A stretch of 26,111 bases of DNA, taken from IMG/VR virus record IMGVR_UViG_3300017913_001667, positions 1-26,111 of that record; one strand, 5' to 3'. A program made the translations under genes and the position numbers. The notes under the pieces were generated by a model. It did no database searches. It was not told the DNA's origin and saw only the letters and a program-made list of their open reading frames with translations. Position 1 is the stretch's first letter. Each line of letters opens with the position of its first letter. Source of the DNA: a virus. Lineage: Duplodnaviria; Caudoviricetes. Shown here piece after piece: positions 14,685 through 24,588 of the stretch.

Positions 14685-17600
14685 TACTGCAGGCCAAGGC
14701 CCTGCATTTGAGCCTCTTCTAAATTAGCTTGAAGAGCCGCTTCATAGTCCTCAAGGAACTCTTCCTCTGATCCGCGATAGATATAGCTCTTTGCCAAAAA
14801 TCTATACAACAGGCGCCTCTCTTCTAGAGTAGGCATCGAGATGCCCGCAACCGTCTTCCGCGTAGCGGGATCGGTTTCTACCATTGTACGAAGTATCCGG
14901 GTAAATTCCTCTGGATTTGCTAGAGCAGCATCTAATGTTCGCGGAATAAAATTCTCATCTAACATTTGACTAAAACGACGCCCAATGACGCGAACTCGGG
15001 CACCTTTTCGATTCAAAGGACCAAGAATCATTGTAGTCATCTGATCAACAAATTTTGTATATTGTTGATTGAGATTCGTTTGAGATCCGACAAAATTCCC
15101 GCGAGCGGCTCGTCGTGTACCTTGGGCAATATCTGAAAGCTCTAGTAATCTATTTACAGCAGGCATTAATTCAGGGAAGTCGTCCCCCATAATTTCAATA
15201 CCATTAGAGATTAAATCGTCTCTAGTAGTGAGAAGATTATTTACGGCCGACTGACTAAGCGATCTCTGGCCCCGCAGGGTTTTAGCCGAAGTCTGTAAAT
15301 AGTCGCGTAAGTTACGCATATACGCAGAACGAACACCTTGAACAATCGTGTCATCGCCGGAGTTTAGCAATGCTCTAACCTGTGGCATGCCCTCTGGATT
15401 TCTGAACAAAGACTGCAGAGCCATATAGGGATTGTCTGCTATGGTGTCTGCTGCCGATCCGGCTACGCCCGGGCCTCCGTCGGGGAACAAAGACTTGTAC
15501 GTCTTGTTGAAAATCTCTTCTTGGGCAGCCTCATACGCTTCGTTGCTTTCTTTCAAAACACTCTCAAGCCCATCAATATCATCCGTCAAGCCATCTAGGC
15601 GAGACGTAAAGGACATCAACTGTTCCCGTACTTCAGGAAATCCATCTGCCAAGGCGTCCATATAAGGCCGCAGTTCATTTTTAATGCTGCCTACAACGGT
15701 ACGGTATTCGTCGCCACTGAGCGCCCTCTGGCCCGTCGTGCGGGCGATATCCAATTTGGAGACAACGTCCCCAATAATAAAATCAATAATTTGAGCAGAG
15801 GAGCCTTGCAACTCTTCTCTGCCAAGCAATCTAATAACGTTCTGGGCAAACAGCCGATCCCGGGTTGCAGAGAACAAAGGCTCGACTTGATCCACGGTGG
15901 CTCTAAATTGCAAAGCCTCTTGTTGCTGACCACCAATATTGCGGCGTACCCGGTCAATTTCTTGTAACGGGCCGCCGTCTCGCCAGTAAGGGGCGAAGTC
16001 TTTGGTGTAATACTCCAACGCTTCATCGGCTTGACTCGCAACATCCGGGTCATTTTGTCGAACGAAATCTAGCGCATCGTCATCAATAAAGTTTTTGAGC
16101 CTTAAGAGAATAGGGGCGCTACTCTTTTCAACCATAGAAGCCGTTTCTTTGGTTAAAAGGTTTAGTCCCTCAACTACTTGAGTACGCATTGTTCTAAGAA
16201 GAACACCATAATCTATGTTGTTATCATCCAGATACTTTTCCACCCTAGCCAATCGTTCCTCGTCCGTCTCAGGACGAAATGATTGAGTGGCATTACTTCC
16301 TTCAGGCGCTTCAGAAAGAGGCTTTAGTTGGTTTGTCTCAGCATCCAAGTAAGCCGGAACATCCTTACCACCAACCTTCACAGTTTCTGGAATATTGTCT
16401 AACCTACGGGTGGCTTTTAGAAGATCTCGTGTTGCACCTTGTCCGTCTAAAGCCACAGCAGTAAGGGCATTGTCGAAGGTGTTAGTGGAGGTTGCTACGG
16501 TATCTAGTGCAGAGATCAAGCTTTCTGCATCCACTGCACCGCCTTTCACTGCCCCAAAAAGCCTATCCTTTTCGTCCGACATTACCCGAGAGGCATCGAC
16601 TAAGTTATCAACGAGTGTCTCTAGGCCCTCTCTACGAGCGGCTGTTGTGTCCATCCCAGCCCGCCTATAAATCTCTTCAACTGTTCCTATAAACTCTAGA
16701 TCGCCTTCTTGAAGCAAAGTATCCAATTCATCTTTTGCTTGGTCAAAGGCCTCTTGAGCCGCCCGAGCGGCTTGTCTAGGTTCGGCAACAGCCTCGTCCG
16801 CTGCAGCAGCGACACGTTCTTGAAATTCCGCAGCCCCGGGATTTAAAGGAACTTCTGTCGTTACCTCTTCTCCCGTTTCTTCTACCGTTTCAGTAATAGT
16901 TTGTCTTGCTCCCGCCGGTCCTGAAATGTTTCCAAATGCTTCTTCTGTTTGCTGGGCAAGAGTATCTAGTTGGTCTTCGGCACGAGCGGTAGCTTCGGAA
17001 GCTCGATTGGCTCCGGGCTTTTGCGAAACGCCCCTAGACAAAGTGCGAAGCTCTTCTCCAATTTCTGCGGCGGCTCTTGGGTCACCCGCCTCTACGGCCC
17101 GTTGATAAGCTGTAGCCGTATCGAGAATAAAATTAATATTGTCAACTTCAAAGCCTTCTTCAAAATTGAAGTTCTCAATAACGTCTTTGTTTTCTTCCAG
17201 CAAATCAATAATATTTTGTACATCCTGCTGGTAGGTAGGGCTTGCTTCATCAAGCTTAAAAACCTGCTCAGTCAGAGTACGGGCTAAGTCTCGTTCATTA
17301 GCGGAATCAGAAAAGAAACGCTTAATTAAAGGTACCTGAAGAACAATTCCCGCACCTTTTAATAACATGCCAGTAGCTTTTACGGCAGCCTCGCCCCCCA
17401 GCGTAGTAACTGCAATGTCTTTTAAAAGGTTTTGTTTTCGGTTGTATGCTTGCTCCCACTCTGGAGAAGAGGGGTCTATTTCCTTTCCATCCAAGATAGG
17501 AAAGACTGCCTCTTCTCCAACGAGGAATGGCTCTGCATCCGAGGGCATAAGCTCTTTTGTCACAATACTTTCTGTAGCCGCGAAAGTAAGAGCTTTAATT

Positions 17601-18274
17601 ATTTTAGGGGCATTGGAGATAAGTTTTACGGCACCTACGCCCGCACCACCTCCAACTAGAAAAGGAGCCGTTGCGTCTGTTGCCATTTGATCTATAAAAC
17701 TATCCCCGGGAGCGAGCCGGGGCATTTTTTGTGCCTCTACGACTCCTTCTTCATCCTTGGCTCTAATATTAAATTGCTCAGAGACAGCGCGAGGTAAGTT
17801 ATAAAGTCCGGCACTAACGATTTGTTGAGGAATACCGGGGTCCATATTCCCACCAAACAGACCCCCCAGAGCAGGAGAGTCGGGGTAGGGGACGACAAAC
17901 TTCTCTCCTGTCTGGGGGTCTACCCACGACAAACTGCCGTCCCAGTTTTTTTCAACGTTAGGGGATTGTTCGTATAAACGATATCGTTCAAAGGCCTTTT
18001 CTCTTATTTCAGAAACAGAGGGACCGGTATACTCTTCTATTTGAGGAAATATTTTTGAGCCAAAGCGACCCAAAATGCCCGGTACGGCCAGATCTTCGTA
18101 CATGTCAGTAGTAGGCTTCGGAAGCACACCCTCTGGAGGGGCCACGGATTCAAAGCCCATGTCCACCGGCTCCGGCACATCCTCAAACTCTAGCTCAAAG
18201 TCCCCGTCCAAAGACGTATCTTCAACGTCCTCAAACTGTAGAAGGGTATCATCTTGATTGTTTGCATCCGCCAT
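14684..18274 (-). CDS. Large internal virion (ejection) protein, 1196 aa
   Basis: Last large, acidic, helical ORF of the structural arm, in the T7 gp16-like position. Function is inferred from synteny. Confidence 0.65.
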   Translation of the reverse strand: MADANNQDDTLLQFEDVEDTSLDGDFELEFEDVPEPVDMGFESVAPPEGVLPKPTTDMYEDLAVPGILGRFGSKIFPQIEEYTGPSVSEIREKAFERYRLYEQSPNVEKNWDGSLSWVDPQTGEKFVVPYPDSPALGGLFGGNMDPGIPQQIVSAGLYNLPRAVSEQFNIRAKDEEGVVEAQKMPRLAPGDSFIDQMATDATAPFLVGGGAGVGAVKLISNAPKIIKALTFAATESIVTKELMPSDAEPFLVGEEAVFPILDGKEIDPSSPEWEQAYNRKQNLLKDIAVTTLGGEAAVKATGMLLKGAGIVLQVPLIKRFFSDSANERDLARTLTEQVFKLDEASPTYQQDVQNIIDLLEENKDVIENFNFEEGFEVDNINFILDTATAYQRAVEAGDPRAAAEIGEELRTLSRGVSQKPGANRASEATARAEDQLDTLAQQTEEAFGNISGPAGARQTITETVEETGEEVTTEVPLNPGAAEFQERVAAAADEAVAEPRQAARAAQEAFDQAKDELDTLLQEGDLEFIGTVEEIYRRAGMDTTAARREGLETLVDNLVDASRVMSDEKDRLFGAVKGGAVDAESLISALDTVATSTNTFDNALTAVALDGQGATRDLLKATRRLDNIPETVKVGGKDVPAYLDAETNQLKPLSEAPEGSNATQSFRPETDEERLARVEKYLDDNNIDYGVLLRTMRTQVVEGLNLLTKETASMVEKSSAPILLRLKNFIDDDALDFVRQNDPDVASQADEALEYYTKDFAPYWRDGGPLQEIDRVRRNIGGQQQEALQFRATVDQVEPLFSATRDRLFAQNVIRLLGREELQGSSAQIIDFIIGDVVSKLDIARTTGQRALSGDEYRTVVGSIKNELRPYMDALADGFPEVREQLMSFTSRLDGLTDDIDGLESVLKESNEAYEAAQEEIFNKTYKSLFPDGGPGVAGSAADTIADNPYMALQSLFRNPEGMPQVRALLNSGDDTIVQGVRSAYMRNLRDYLQTSAKTLRGQRSLSQSAVNNLLTTRDDLISNGIEIMGDDFPELMPAVNRLLELSDIAQGTRRAARGNFVGSQTNLNQQYTKFVDQMTTMILGPLNRKGARVRVIGRRFSQMLDENFIPRTLDAALANPEEFTRILRTMVETDPATRKTVAGISMPTLEERRLLYRFLAKSYIYRGSEEEFLEDYEAALQANLEEAQMQGLGLQ

Positions 18275-18287
18275 TTACGTTAATCCT

Positions 18288-21200
18288 TTAGGGAGCCTTA
18301 AATCGTTGCTGGCCACCGAGTTGGCTTTGATTAAACAACCCGGCATCAATCATTTCCTGAGTAATAAAGAATCTAGCTCCAGCAAAAGCAGGATTTCTTC
18401 TGTTTGCATTAAGCTCTTCTAGGCTAAACGTATAAACAGTGTCTGGATCATAAGCGGCAGTTTCTGAGCTTCCCGCTGTAGACGAACTACCCGCGTCAGC
18501 TACGGCGGCACCCGTACTAAGTGCTGAATACCTATCCCAACGCTCCGAAGCATTTGAAGCGTAGAACTCCCGTGCAGGAGCTTTTTGAAAATCTTTTGAG
18601 TATGGGCTGTCAGGATAATTTGTATTGAAGCTCTTAACTGCCGGATGATCCTGTATTGAAGCAGCGGCCGTGTCCACTTCATCTATTTTAGACTCAACAT
18701 AATCTACAAGGTTCCTGCGGAAAGCGGCAGGATCTGAAGAGGACCGAATAATAGTTCTAAAGCGGTCTGCGTCTTTGTTGGACATGCCTTGTCCGGTTTG
18801 TCCTTCCGCCGCACCTACCTTGTACGCCATCAACAGTATCTTAGCTCTAATTAAAGCAGCGTCACTTCCTTCTTGGCGAAGCCGATCAAGATTGATCCCC
18901 AAGACATTTGTTGTGCCAAGCCCCTCAAAAAGACCAAGTTGCTGCGCTTCCTGATTAAATAAGTCACTTGTGAACGTATTCCCAACAGACGTAATGTTAG
19001 TAATGAGGTTTAATAGGCTGCCCTCTATGGCACCACCCAAAGCCATCGCGTCAGGATTATTATTAAGTATTTCTAAAATGTCGGCCGTTGGATCAAGAAG
19101 AGATGATACAGCAGCACGTTGCGTAGTATAGTTTCTCTCGTCTGTGTTGATGTTTCCGAAAGCAGTCTGGAAATCATCGAACTCGTCTTCCATAACGTCG
19201 CGGACTCTTTCGCCTTCAAAGCCCTCGGGAAGATTATATTGAGATCGGCCTGTATCATCGACACCGGCCCGGACACCTAAGACAACACGAAGATTGCCGT
19301 CGGGGCCGTCTCTAACAACTATTTGCTTAGTTTGCGGATCTTCACGACTAGATGTTAAAGACGCCTCAGAAACGGCTTGCGAGGTTCTAGCTTCTTCAAA
19401 GGCATCTAATCTAGCTTCCATCGCGGGACGAAGAGGATCATTTTCGGCCATACCGCTCAAAGCTGCTAAAAGATCAACCTCAGTCATATCTTCTACTGCG
19501 GTTTTACGACGAATTCCGGCGTCCTGAAGACGCTTTTCGTACACAGGCTGAATTTTCTCAACAAAGAAATCGCGGCTTTCTTCAAGGCTTGCTGCCGTCG
19601 CAGGCATCCCCTTTCCTTTATACGCTGCGATTTCTGTATCGTAACGAAGAAGTGTCTTGTCGAGACTTTCGTAACTTAAATCTCCAGTATCCGGTTTTTC
19701 AAAGGTCTCAATATAAAAATCAAAAACTGCGTTTCTGACACCCTCAAGTTGATCGGACTCTTGCCAGTTTCCTGCGTCTAACAGAAGCATTCTATTCTGC
19801 ACATTTTCGGCATTCAGGCCGTCAAGAAGATCGTTGGGATCTCCAAAAGTGATAGTCGTCTGAAACTGCTGGAAATCAGATTTAAGGCGATCATACCGAG
19901 GCTGATCAATTTCTCCGTTTGAGAAAGCACGATCTAACTGATTAATCCGTAGAGCAACATTGTCTTTGGAAAGGCCATCGGTTGTGAGGAAGTTATCTCC
20001 CTCAACTAGATCAAGACCAAGCCGTCTAATTGAAGAAGCTTGAATCGGGTCATTATTGGCCTCCGCTTCTGCAGCCAACGCCTCGTAATTAGCAGTGGTG
20101 ACTTGATCTAAGCGTTGCCACTTTGGCAGCTTTTCAGGCTCAACATATGACTTAAAGGAATACGATCTTACGGGCGCATTGTTCTTGTCTAGGAAATACT
20201 GCGCTGCAATGGACATTTCTCCCTGTGGATTGTAGCCCCGACGAATTTGAGCGATTTGATCCTCCGTCATCCCGGTAGCTTCCATGAAACGCTTATTAAC
20301 GCGCTCCTCGGATTTCATTGCCATATTCTCTGCAAAAGAACGGAAGCCTCCAGAGATACGGGTCATCAAGCCTTCTGGCTCGTTCTCTTCTTCCGGAACA
20401 CTCTGACTGGTTTCTTGCGCTTGGGCCGGATCAATAGAATCCACTAGACCTAAATTCTTAACCAAGTACCCCTGTGTCTCGGCGGGCAGAATAGATCTAT
20501 CTCCTTCATATGACTCGGCTACGTCCGGACCTGCATTGTATGCAATTAGTGTTTTAACCGGATCATTACCGAAGCGAGTCTGCATCGCATCAAAATAGGC
20601 ACGGCCAAACTTCTCATTGAGTTCTTTGTTAGCAAGTAATTCTTTTGCTACGTCTTCCGTCTCTGCGCCTACGGCGATTCCCATCTCCCGGGCCATGTCA
20701 AAGATTGTTGGAACGTTATTACCCGGCTGCATAGCAGTTTTTGGCATAACCTGTGCAATACCCAGCGCACCTTTTGAAGAAGTAGTCAGACTGCCATCAG
20801 GCTGCAGGTGGTTATTGTTGGACTCTGTTGTTAAAACTCGTTCCCACAAATCATCTTGGTCAATACCTAAGCTACTCATCTGCTGAGAAGTGGCTGACAT
20901 TGCCGAGTCGATTTCTTGACCTTCTCCCTCAGATAGTGTGGGAATATTAGCTCCCGTAGCTGTAGTAGCGTCGTCCAGAGGATCGACTGCGACATTCATG
21001 TTCTGAAGTTCCGAGAAAGTTCCTCGGGCAAATTGCTCTCCAATGTACTTAGAATCGTAACCTGCTGACAACATGTCATAGGCGGTCCTTTCCAGACGCT
21101 TAACATCGAAATTAGCAGTGTCCGAAAATTGACCTTGATGAACTTTAGCCAAGGCTTTCGCCTGCTGTAGGCGCTCTCTATCTTCGTCCTGCGCCTTTTG

Positions 21201-21326
21201 ATAATCGCTGTACTGAGAACTAAAGATACTTAGGCGTGAAGATAAATCACGCTCCTCTCTTGCTTCTCTGGCGCGGGAGCTTTGCTCAAATCCTCGGGCA
21301 AATCCAGTAAAGAAATTCTCGGCCAT
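18288..21326 (-). CDS. Internal virion protein with a lytic transglycosylase (SLT/GH23) domain
   Basis: VLTTES (catalytic E), SSKGALGIAQVMPKTA, LIAYNAGP and LPAETQGY at about 20450-20856. Confidence 0.85.
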   Translation of the reverse strand: MAENFFTGFARGFEQSSRAREAREERDLSSRLSIFSSQYSDYQKAQDEDRERLQQAKALAKVHQGQFSDTANFDVKRLERTAYDMLSAGYDSKYIGEQFARGTFSELQNMNVAVDPLDDATTATGANIPTLSEGEGQEIDSAMSATSQQMSSLGIDQDDLWERVLTTESNNNHLQPDGSLTTSSKGALGIAQVMPKTAMQPGNNVPTIFDMAREMGIAVGAETEDVAKELLANKELNEKFGRAYFDAMQTRFGNDPVKTLIAYNAGPDVAESYEGDRSILPAETQGYLVKNLGLVDSIDPAQAQETSQSVPEEENEPEGLMTRISGGFRSFAENMAMKSEERVNKRFMEATGMTEDQIAQIRRGYNPQGEMSIAAQYFLDKNNAPVRSYSFKSYVEPEKLPKWQRLDQVTTANYEALAAEAEANNDPIQASSIRRLGLDLVEGDNFLTTDGLSKDNVALRINQLDRAFSNGEIDQPRYDRLKSDFQQFQTTITFGDPNDLLDGLNAENVQNRMLLLDAGNWQESDQLEGVRNAVFDFYIETFEKPDTGDLSYESLDKTLLRYDTEIAAYKGKGMPATAASLEESRDFFVEKIQPVYEKRLQDAGIRRKTAVEDMTEVDLLAALSGMAENDPLRPAMEARLDAFEEARTSQAVSEASLTSSREDPQTKQIVVRDGPDGNLRVVLGVRAGVDDTGRSQYNLPEGFEGERVRDVMEDEFDDFQTAFGNINTDERNYTTQRAAVSSLLDPTADILEILNNNPDAMALGGAIEGSLLNLITNITSVGNTFTSDLFNQEAQQLGLFEGLGTTNVLGINLDRLRQEGSDAALIRAKILLMAYKVGAAEGQTGQGMSNKDADRFRTIIRSSSDPAAFRRNLVDYVESKIDEVDTAAASIQDHPAVKSFNTNYPDSPYSKDFQKAPAREFYASNASERWDRYSALSTGAAVADAGSSSTAGSSETAAYDPDTVYTFSLEELNANRRNPAFAGARFFITQEMIDAGLFNQSQLGGQQRFKAP

Positions 21327-21865
21327 TAGACTTCTTCCTCGTCCTGTGCGGGCTCTTCATCAGCAGCGTACCCCAACATCATCTGCTGCTCTTCATCTGA
21401 AGAGGGTGCCATGATACCGGCCTCCTCGGACTCTTGCTCGATATCCGCGGCCATCTCTTTTTTTTTTTCTTCTTGGAGGCCTTGCATGTCGCGATAAAAT
21501 GCAGCGGTAGGCTCGGGCTGAACATTATCAATCCCGAGATCGTAATTATCAATGTTGTAGCTTTTAGCCATAATTTCTAAAAACCGGGCAGTTGGTCCCG
21601 CTAACAACAAGGCAAAGTCCGGGGTCCATTTCCCGTTTCCTATGCCGAGAGTGACTATGATGTCCGTAACTGTGGCGATAGTTACCCCACTCTCAATCAT
21701 ATTCATGTACCGAAAGCCTTTAGGAGTGTCCGTCATCTCATACGCGATGAACTCTAAAGCCTCATCCGTATCAGTAATGTCGGGTGCGCGGTGCCAAGGC
21801 CAATTTCTTTCATCGGACGTAAAATTAGCCCCGGGGATAGGGCCCTCAAAAACGTTAGGCTGCAT
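21326..21865 (-). CDS. Hypothetical virion-associated protein
   Basis: GGAGGA RBS before ATG 21865 (MQPNVFEGPIPG...); acidic tail; TAATG coupling to the next gene. Confidence 0.75.
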   Translation of the reverse strand: MQPNVFEGPIPGANFTSDERNWPWHRAPDITDTDEALEFIAYEMTDTPKGFRYMNMIESGVTIATVTDIIVTLGIGNGKWTPDFALLLAGPTARFLEIMAKSYNIDNYDLGIDNVQPEPTAAFYRDMQGLQEEKKKEMAADIEQESEEAGIMAPSSDEEQQMMLGYAADEEPAQDEEEV

Positions 21866-22058
21866 CGCTATCATCCTCCGCTGCTTTCTTTTTGCTTTTT
21901 TTCTTAGGTGAATTTTCATCCACCATTTTTTGTTCAAGCATATCGAAGTACTCTCGGGTGTACTTTATCGGCTCATCCCGCGTTTCATTGTACTGTTCAG
22001 GATCAATGCCTTTATAGTAAGCACGAATAGAGGCCACGATGGCTTCTTCAAAAGTCAT
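21855..22058 (-). CDS. Hypothetical protein, 67 aa
   Basis: GGAGG RBS and TAATG coupling to the upstream gene. Confidence 0.75.
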   Translation of the reverse strand: MTFEEAIVASIRAYYKGIDPEQYNETRDEPIKYTREYFDMLEQKMVDENSPKKKSKKKAAEDDSDAA

Positions 22059-24142
22059 TAGAAGACCTCCGCGTAATTAACTTTGTAGTATCCAGTGTCC
22101 TCATCCAGTATTACTGCATGTGGAATAATGTCTTTAATCTGTTGAGCAATGACTCCGAAGTTGACGATGCCGCTCAGGCCAAGACTCCTAGCCTTGTCAT
22201 TCCAGCGCCAGCTAACCACTTCCACGCCGTTCGGCATGACCTTGAGAACTTCAATATCTTCTTTGAGGCGTTCATCTGAAAAGGGAAGCATTTTTCCAAC
22301 TACTGAGCCAATAATGTTACCGATCCCTGAAGCAACGCCACCTTGCATCTCTTTTCTAGCGGCGTAACGCTGCGCTTCTGCTTGTAGCTTGGCTATTGCA
22401 ATTCGGTTTTCTCTATCTTTCTCATTTTCGCCTTCACGCCATGCGTAGTCTAGCAAGCTATCTGCACGGTCCCACAACTGATTAAGTTGCTCTGAAGTCA
22501 GATTAACAATGTTACGGACGTCAATCGCAGCCGCGTTAAATGCATTCTCATTGTTTTGTAGCGTCACACTCTGGCGCCACTTGGCATTAGCGTTATCTAC
22601 TTGATACTGCATATCTACGTAGAACTGCTCACGATTATTCTCTAGATCCATATTGAACTGAGTCATTCGATCCAGTCTCTGGGCCTGATCCATGGCCAAC
22701 TGATTGACCTGCCCAACGTTGAACATAGATACCCGGTTCTTTTCAGATGCACTAAACTGAGCCGCATTGTTTTGCGCTTGCAGGTTTGTGATAGTCATCT
22801 GCTGTATCTGAGACGCATTGTACTGTGCAATCTGCGCACCGAGATTGTCATAGAACTTATCCATCTCCATCTGACTTTCGGCATTGAAGCGTCGGGTCAC
22901 GTTCTCTTGCTTGGCATCTTCCAGAATAGACTGCTGAGTAAACTGACCTCTAAGCACGGCCATCTGCTGCTCATTATCTAGGTTAGCCAAGTCGTACGCC
23001 ATGAAGGTCTTAGCGTTAGTCACAGCTTGGGTCATACGGGCATCGAGGTCCGCCATGTTCATGCGGGACAAGATGTTTGCCGTGTTCAGTGCTTGTGCGT
23101 TCTTAGCATCCATATTCTCCATGACGAACGTGCTGAAAATCTTCGACTCAGCTTCTGCAATGGGAAGAATGGATTCCATAGTCGCCGCTGCCACAGAGGC
23201 CATAGCAGCCGTACCACTAACCCCCTTGAAGGCAATCATGCGATTGACGCCCTTCAGGGCTGCCGCGGCGTATGGTGGGATCTTAGTTTGTCCTGTGACA
23301 GGGTCTACAAAGTCTTCGCTTAAGATCTTCAACTGCCCGGTTACGGTAGCCTTAGCATCTAGGTAGTTGCCTTCGCCAAGACGGGCAGCAAGCATCTTGC
23401 CGCTTACGGTGCTTGTATCAACAACGTTAGAAATGTTCTGCGTATATACAGTATTGAGGGCCTTGCCGACTTCGTTTATTGACCCGTCTTCATTAACGCC
23501 TGTAGCCAGACCCTTCATGTCGAAGGTATCGACATCGACTAGAGCATCCTCAGATACTTCTGCAGTAGCGGCCTTCAGATTTGCATTGGCAGTCTTGACT
23601 GCATCTTCTGTAGTGACCGTATCAACTGTTATGGCGTCCTTAGCCACAACATCAGATACAGTAGTGGCATCTCCTGTGGCAGCCGTGTACGTACTTGCAT
23701 CTGCAGTAGCCGCCCCACCAAGATCCGTGGCAGTTCCGGTCAGGCCATCTACGTCTATGTTATAGTCAGAGCCACTAAGATTAGTGCCCGTCGCGTTAGG
23801 ATCGATAGCATCATAACTGCCAGTTACGGTCGCGTTGTTGCCCGTAAGAAAAGCTAAAGGATCATCTAGAATAGAAGCGGAAGTATCGGCAACGTTAACA
23901 CCACCTACAGTGTCCGCATTAGCCGCCACAGAACTTGCGGTATTAGGGCCAGTAGTCGCGCCCGCACCCCCGCCGGCAGCAGCTTGGGCCGCAGCAATTT
24001 GATCTGCCGTTAACGTAAAGTTACCGAAGGGCCCGCTGTAAGTTACATCGGTATTAGCCCCTGTTCCTTGGCCCGTAGTGAAGGCGCCTGAGGTTACAGA
24101 CTCGGTATCGCCTTCCCCCGGTACATTTATCTCAATTGCCAT
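22058..24142 (-). CDS. Putative internal virion/pilot protein with a C-terminal peptidase S74 (intramolecular chaperone) domain
   Basis: A/T/G-rich N-terminus, Q/N/A-rich helical middle, Gly-rich helix, then SDERLKEDI...GVIAQ...YKVNY. Start moved to ATG 24142. Confidence 0.7.
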   Translation of the reverse strand: MAIEINVPGEGDTESVTSGAFTTGQGTGANTDVTYSGPFGNFTLTADQIAAAQAAAGGGAGATTGPNTASSVAANADTVGGVNVADTSASILDDPLAFLTGNNATVTGSYDAIDPNATGTNLSGSDYNIDVDGLTGTATDLGGAATADASTYTAATGDATTVSDVVAKDAITVDTVTTEDAVKTANANLKAATAEVSEDALVDVDTFDMKGLATGVNEDGSINEVGKALNTVYTQNISNVVDTSTVSGKMLAARLGEGNYLDAKATVTGQLKILSEDFVDPVTGQTKIPPYAAAALKGVNRMIAFKGVSGTAAMASVAAATMESILPIAEAESKIFSTFVMENMDAKNAQALNTANILSRMNMADLDARMTQAVTNAKTFMAYDLANLDNEQQMAVLRGQFTQQSILEDAKQENVTRRFNAESQMEMDKFYDNLGAQIAQYNASQIQQMTITNLQAQNNAAQFSASEKNRVSMFNVGQVNQLAMDQAQRLDRMTQFNMDLENNREQFYVDMQYQVDNANAKWRQSVTLQNNENAFNAAAIDVRNIVNLTSEQLNQLWDRADSLLDYAWREGENEKDRENRIAIAKLQAEAQRYAARKEMQGGVASGIGNIIGSVVGKMLPFSDERLKEDIEVLKVMPNGVEVVSWRWNDKARSLGLSGIVNFGVIAQQIKDIIPHAVILDEDTGYYKVNYAEVF

Positions 24143-24407
24143 TCGCAGAATCTCTTTGTTCAATACAGTTTTCGATTTGGCGACGAAGAGTGGCATAGTT
24201 CGCAATAGCCGTAACTATCGCGGATGGGTCTTCGGCAGAATCTGCAGGCAAAGCCTCTAGCTCCTCGATGAGGCGCGCATTAAACTCGTCGGAATATGAA
24301 AGTATATCTGGGCAATAAATCTCTAGCTCAGTTTCATAGACCGTTGTTGCGCAACCGCTGAGTAAGCTCATCGCGGTTACTAGGAGTAGCAGCTTTCTCT
24401 TCAGCAT
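24132..24407 (-). CDS. Outer-membrane spanin (Rz1-like lipoprotein)
   Basis: MLKRKLLLLVTAMSLLSGC is a signal peptide II with lipobox LSGC; starts inside the 3' end of the i-spanin gene. Confidence 0.75.
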   Translation of the reverse strand: MLKRKLLLLVTAMSLLSGCATTVYETELEIYCPDILSYSDEFNARLIEELEALPADSAEDPSAIVTAIANYATLRRQIENCIEQRDSANGN

Positions 24408-24588
24408 TCTTTCGTTCCAATGTCTTATAAAAATCAGCGCGTTGTTTTTCCTTTTCAGCAATTCTCTCAAGCGTCTTCTGCTGCTCTTTCTGGGCGCCTT
24501 GCTTCTTCCCGAACATGTATAGTACGGGCAGGGCGGCGCTCAGGAGGGCCATGGCGAAGAGCTTGATGTTGTTGAAAAGTCCAAACAT
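24334..24588 (-). CDS. Inner-membrane spanin (Rz-like)
   Basis: N-terminal TM helix plus charged coiled coil; directly follows the endolysin and overlaps the lipoprotein gene by 74 nt. Confidence 0.7.
   Translation of the reverse strand: MFGLFNNIKLFAMALLSAALPVLYMFGKKQGAQKEQQKTLERIAEKEKQRADFYKTLERKNAEEKAATPSNRDELTQRLRNNGL

Noticed and set aside
21458-21468. A11 run on the coding strand as a programmed frameshift fusing two virion genes
   Set aside because: Both shifted frames hit TGA before reaching the next gene, so slippage would only truncate the acidic tail.
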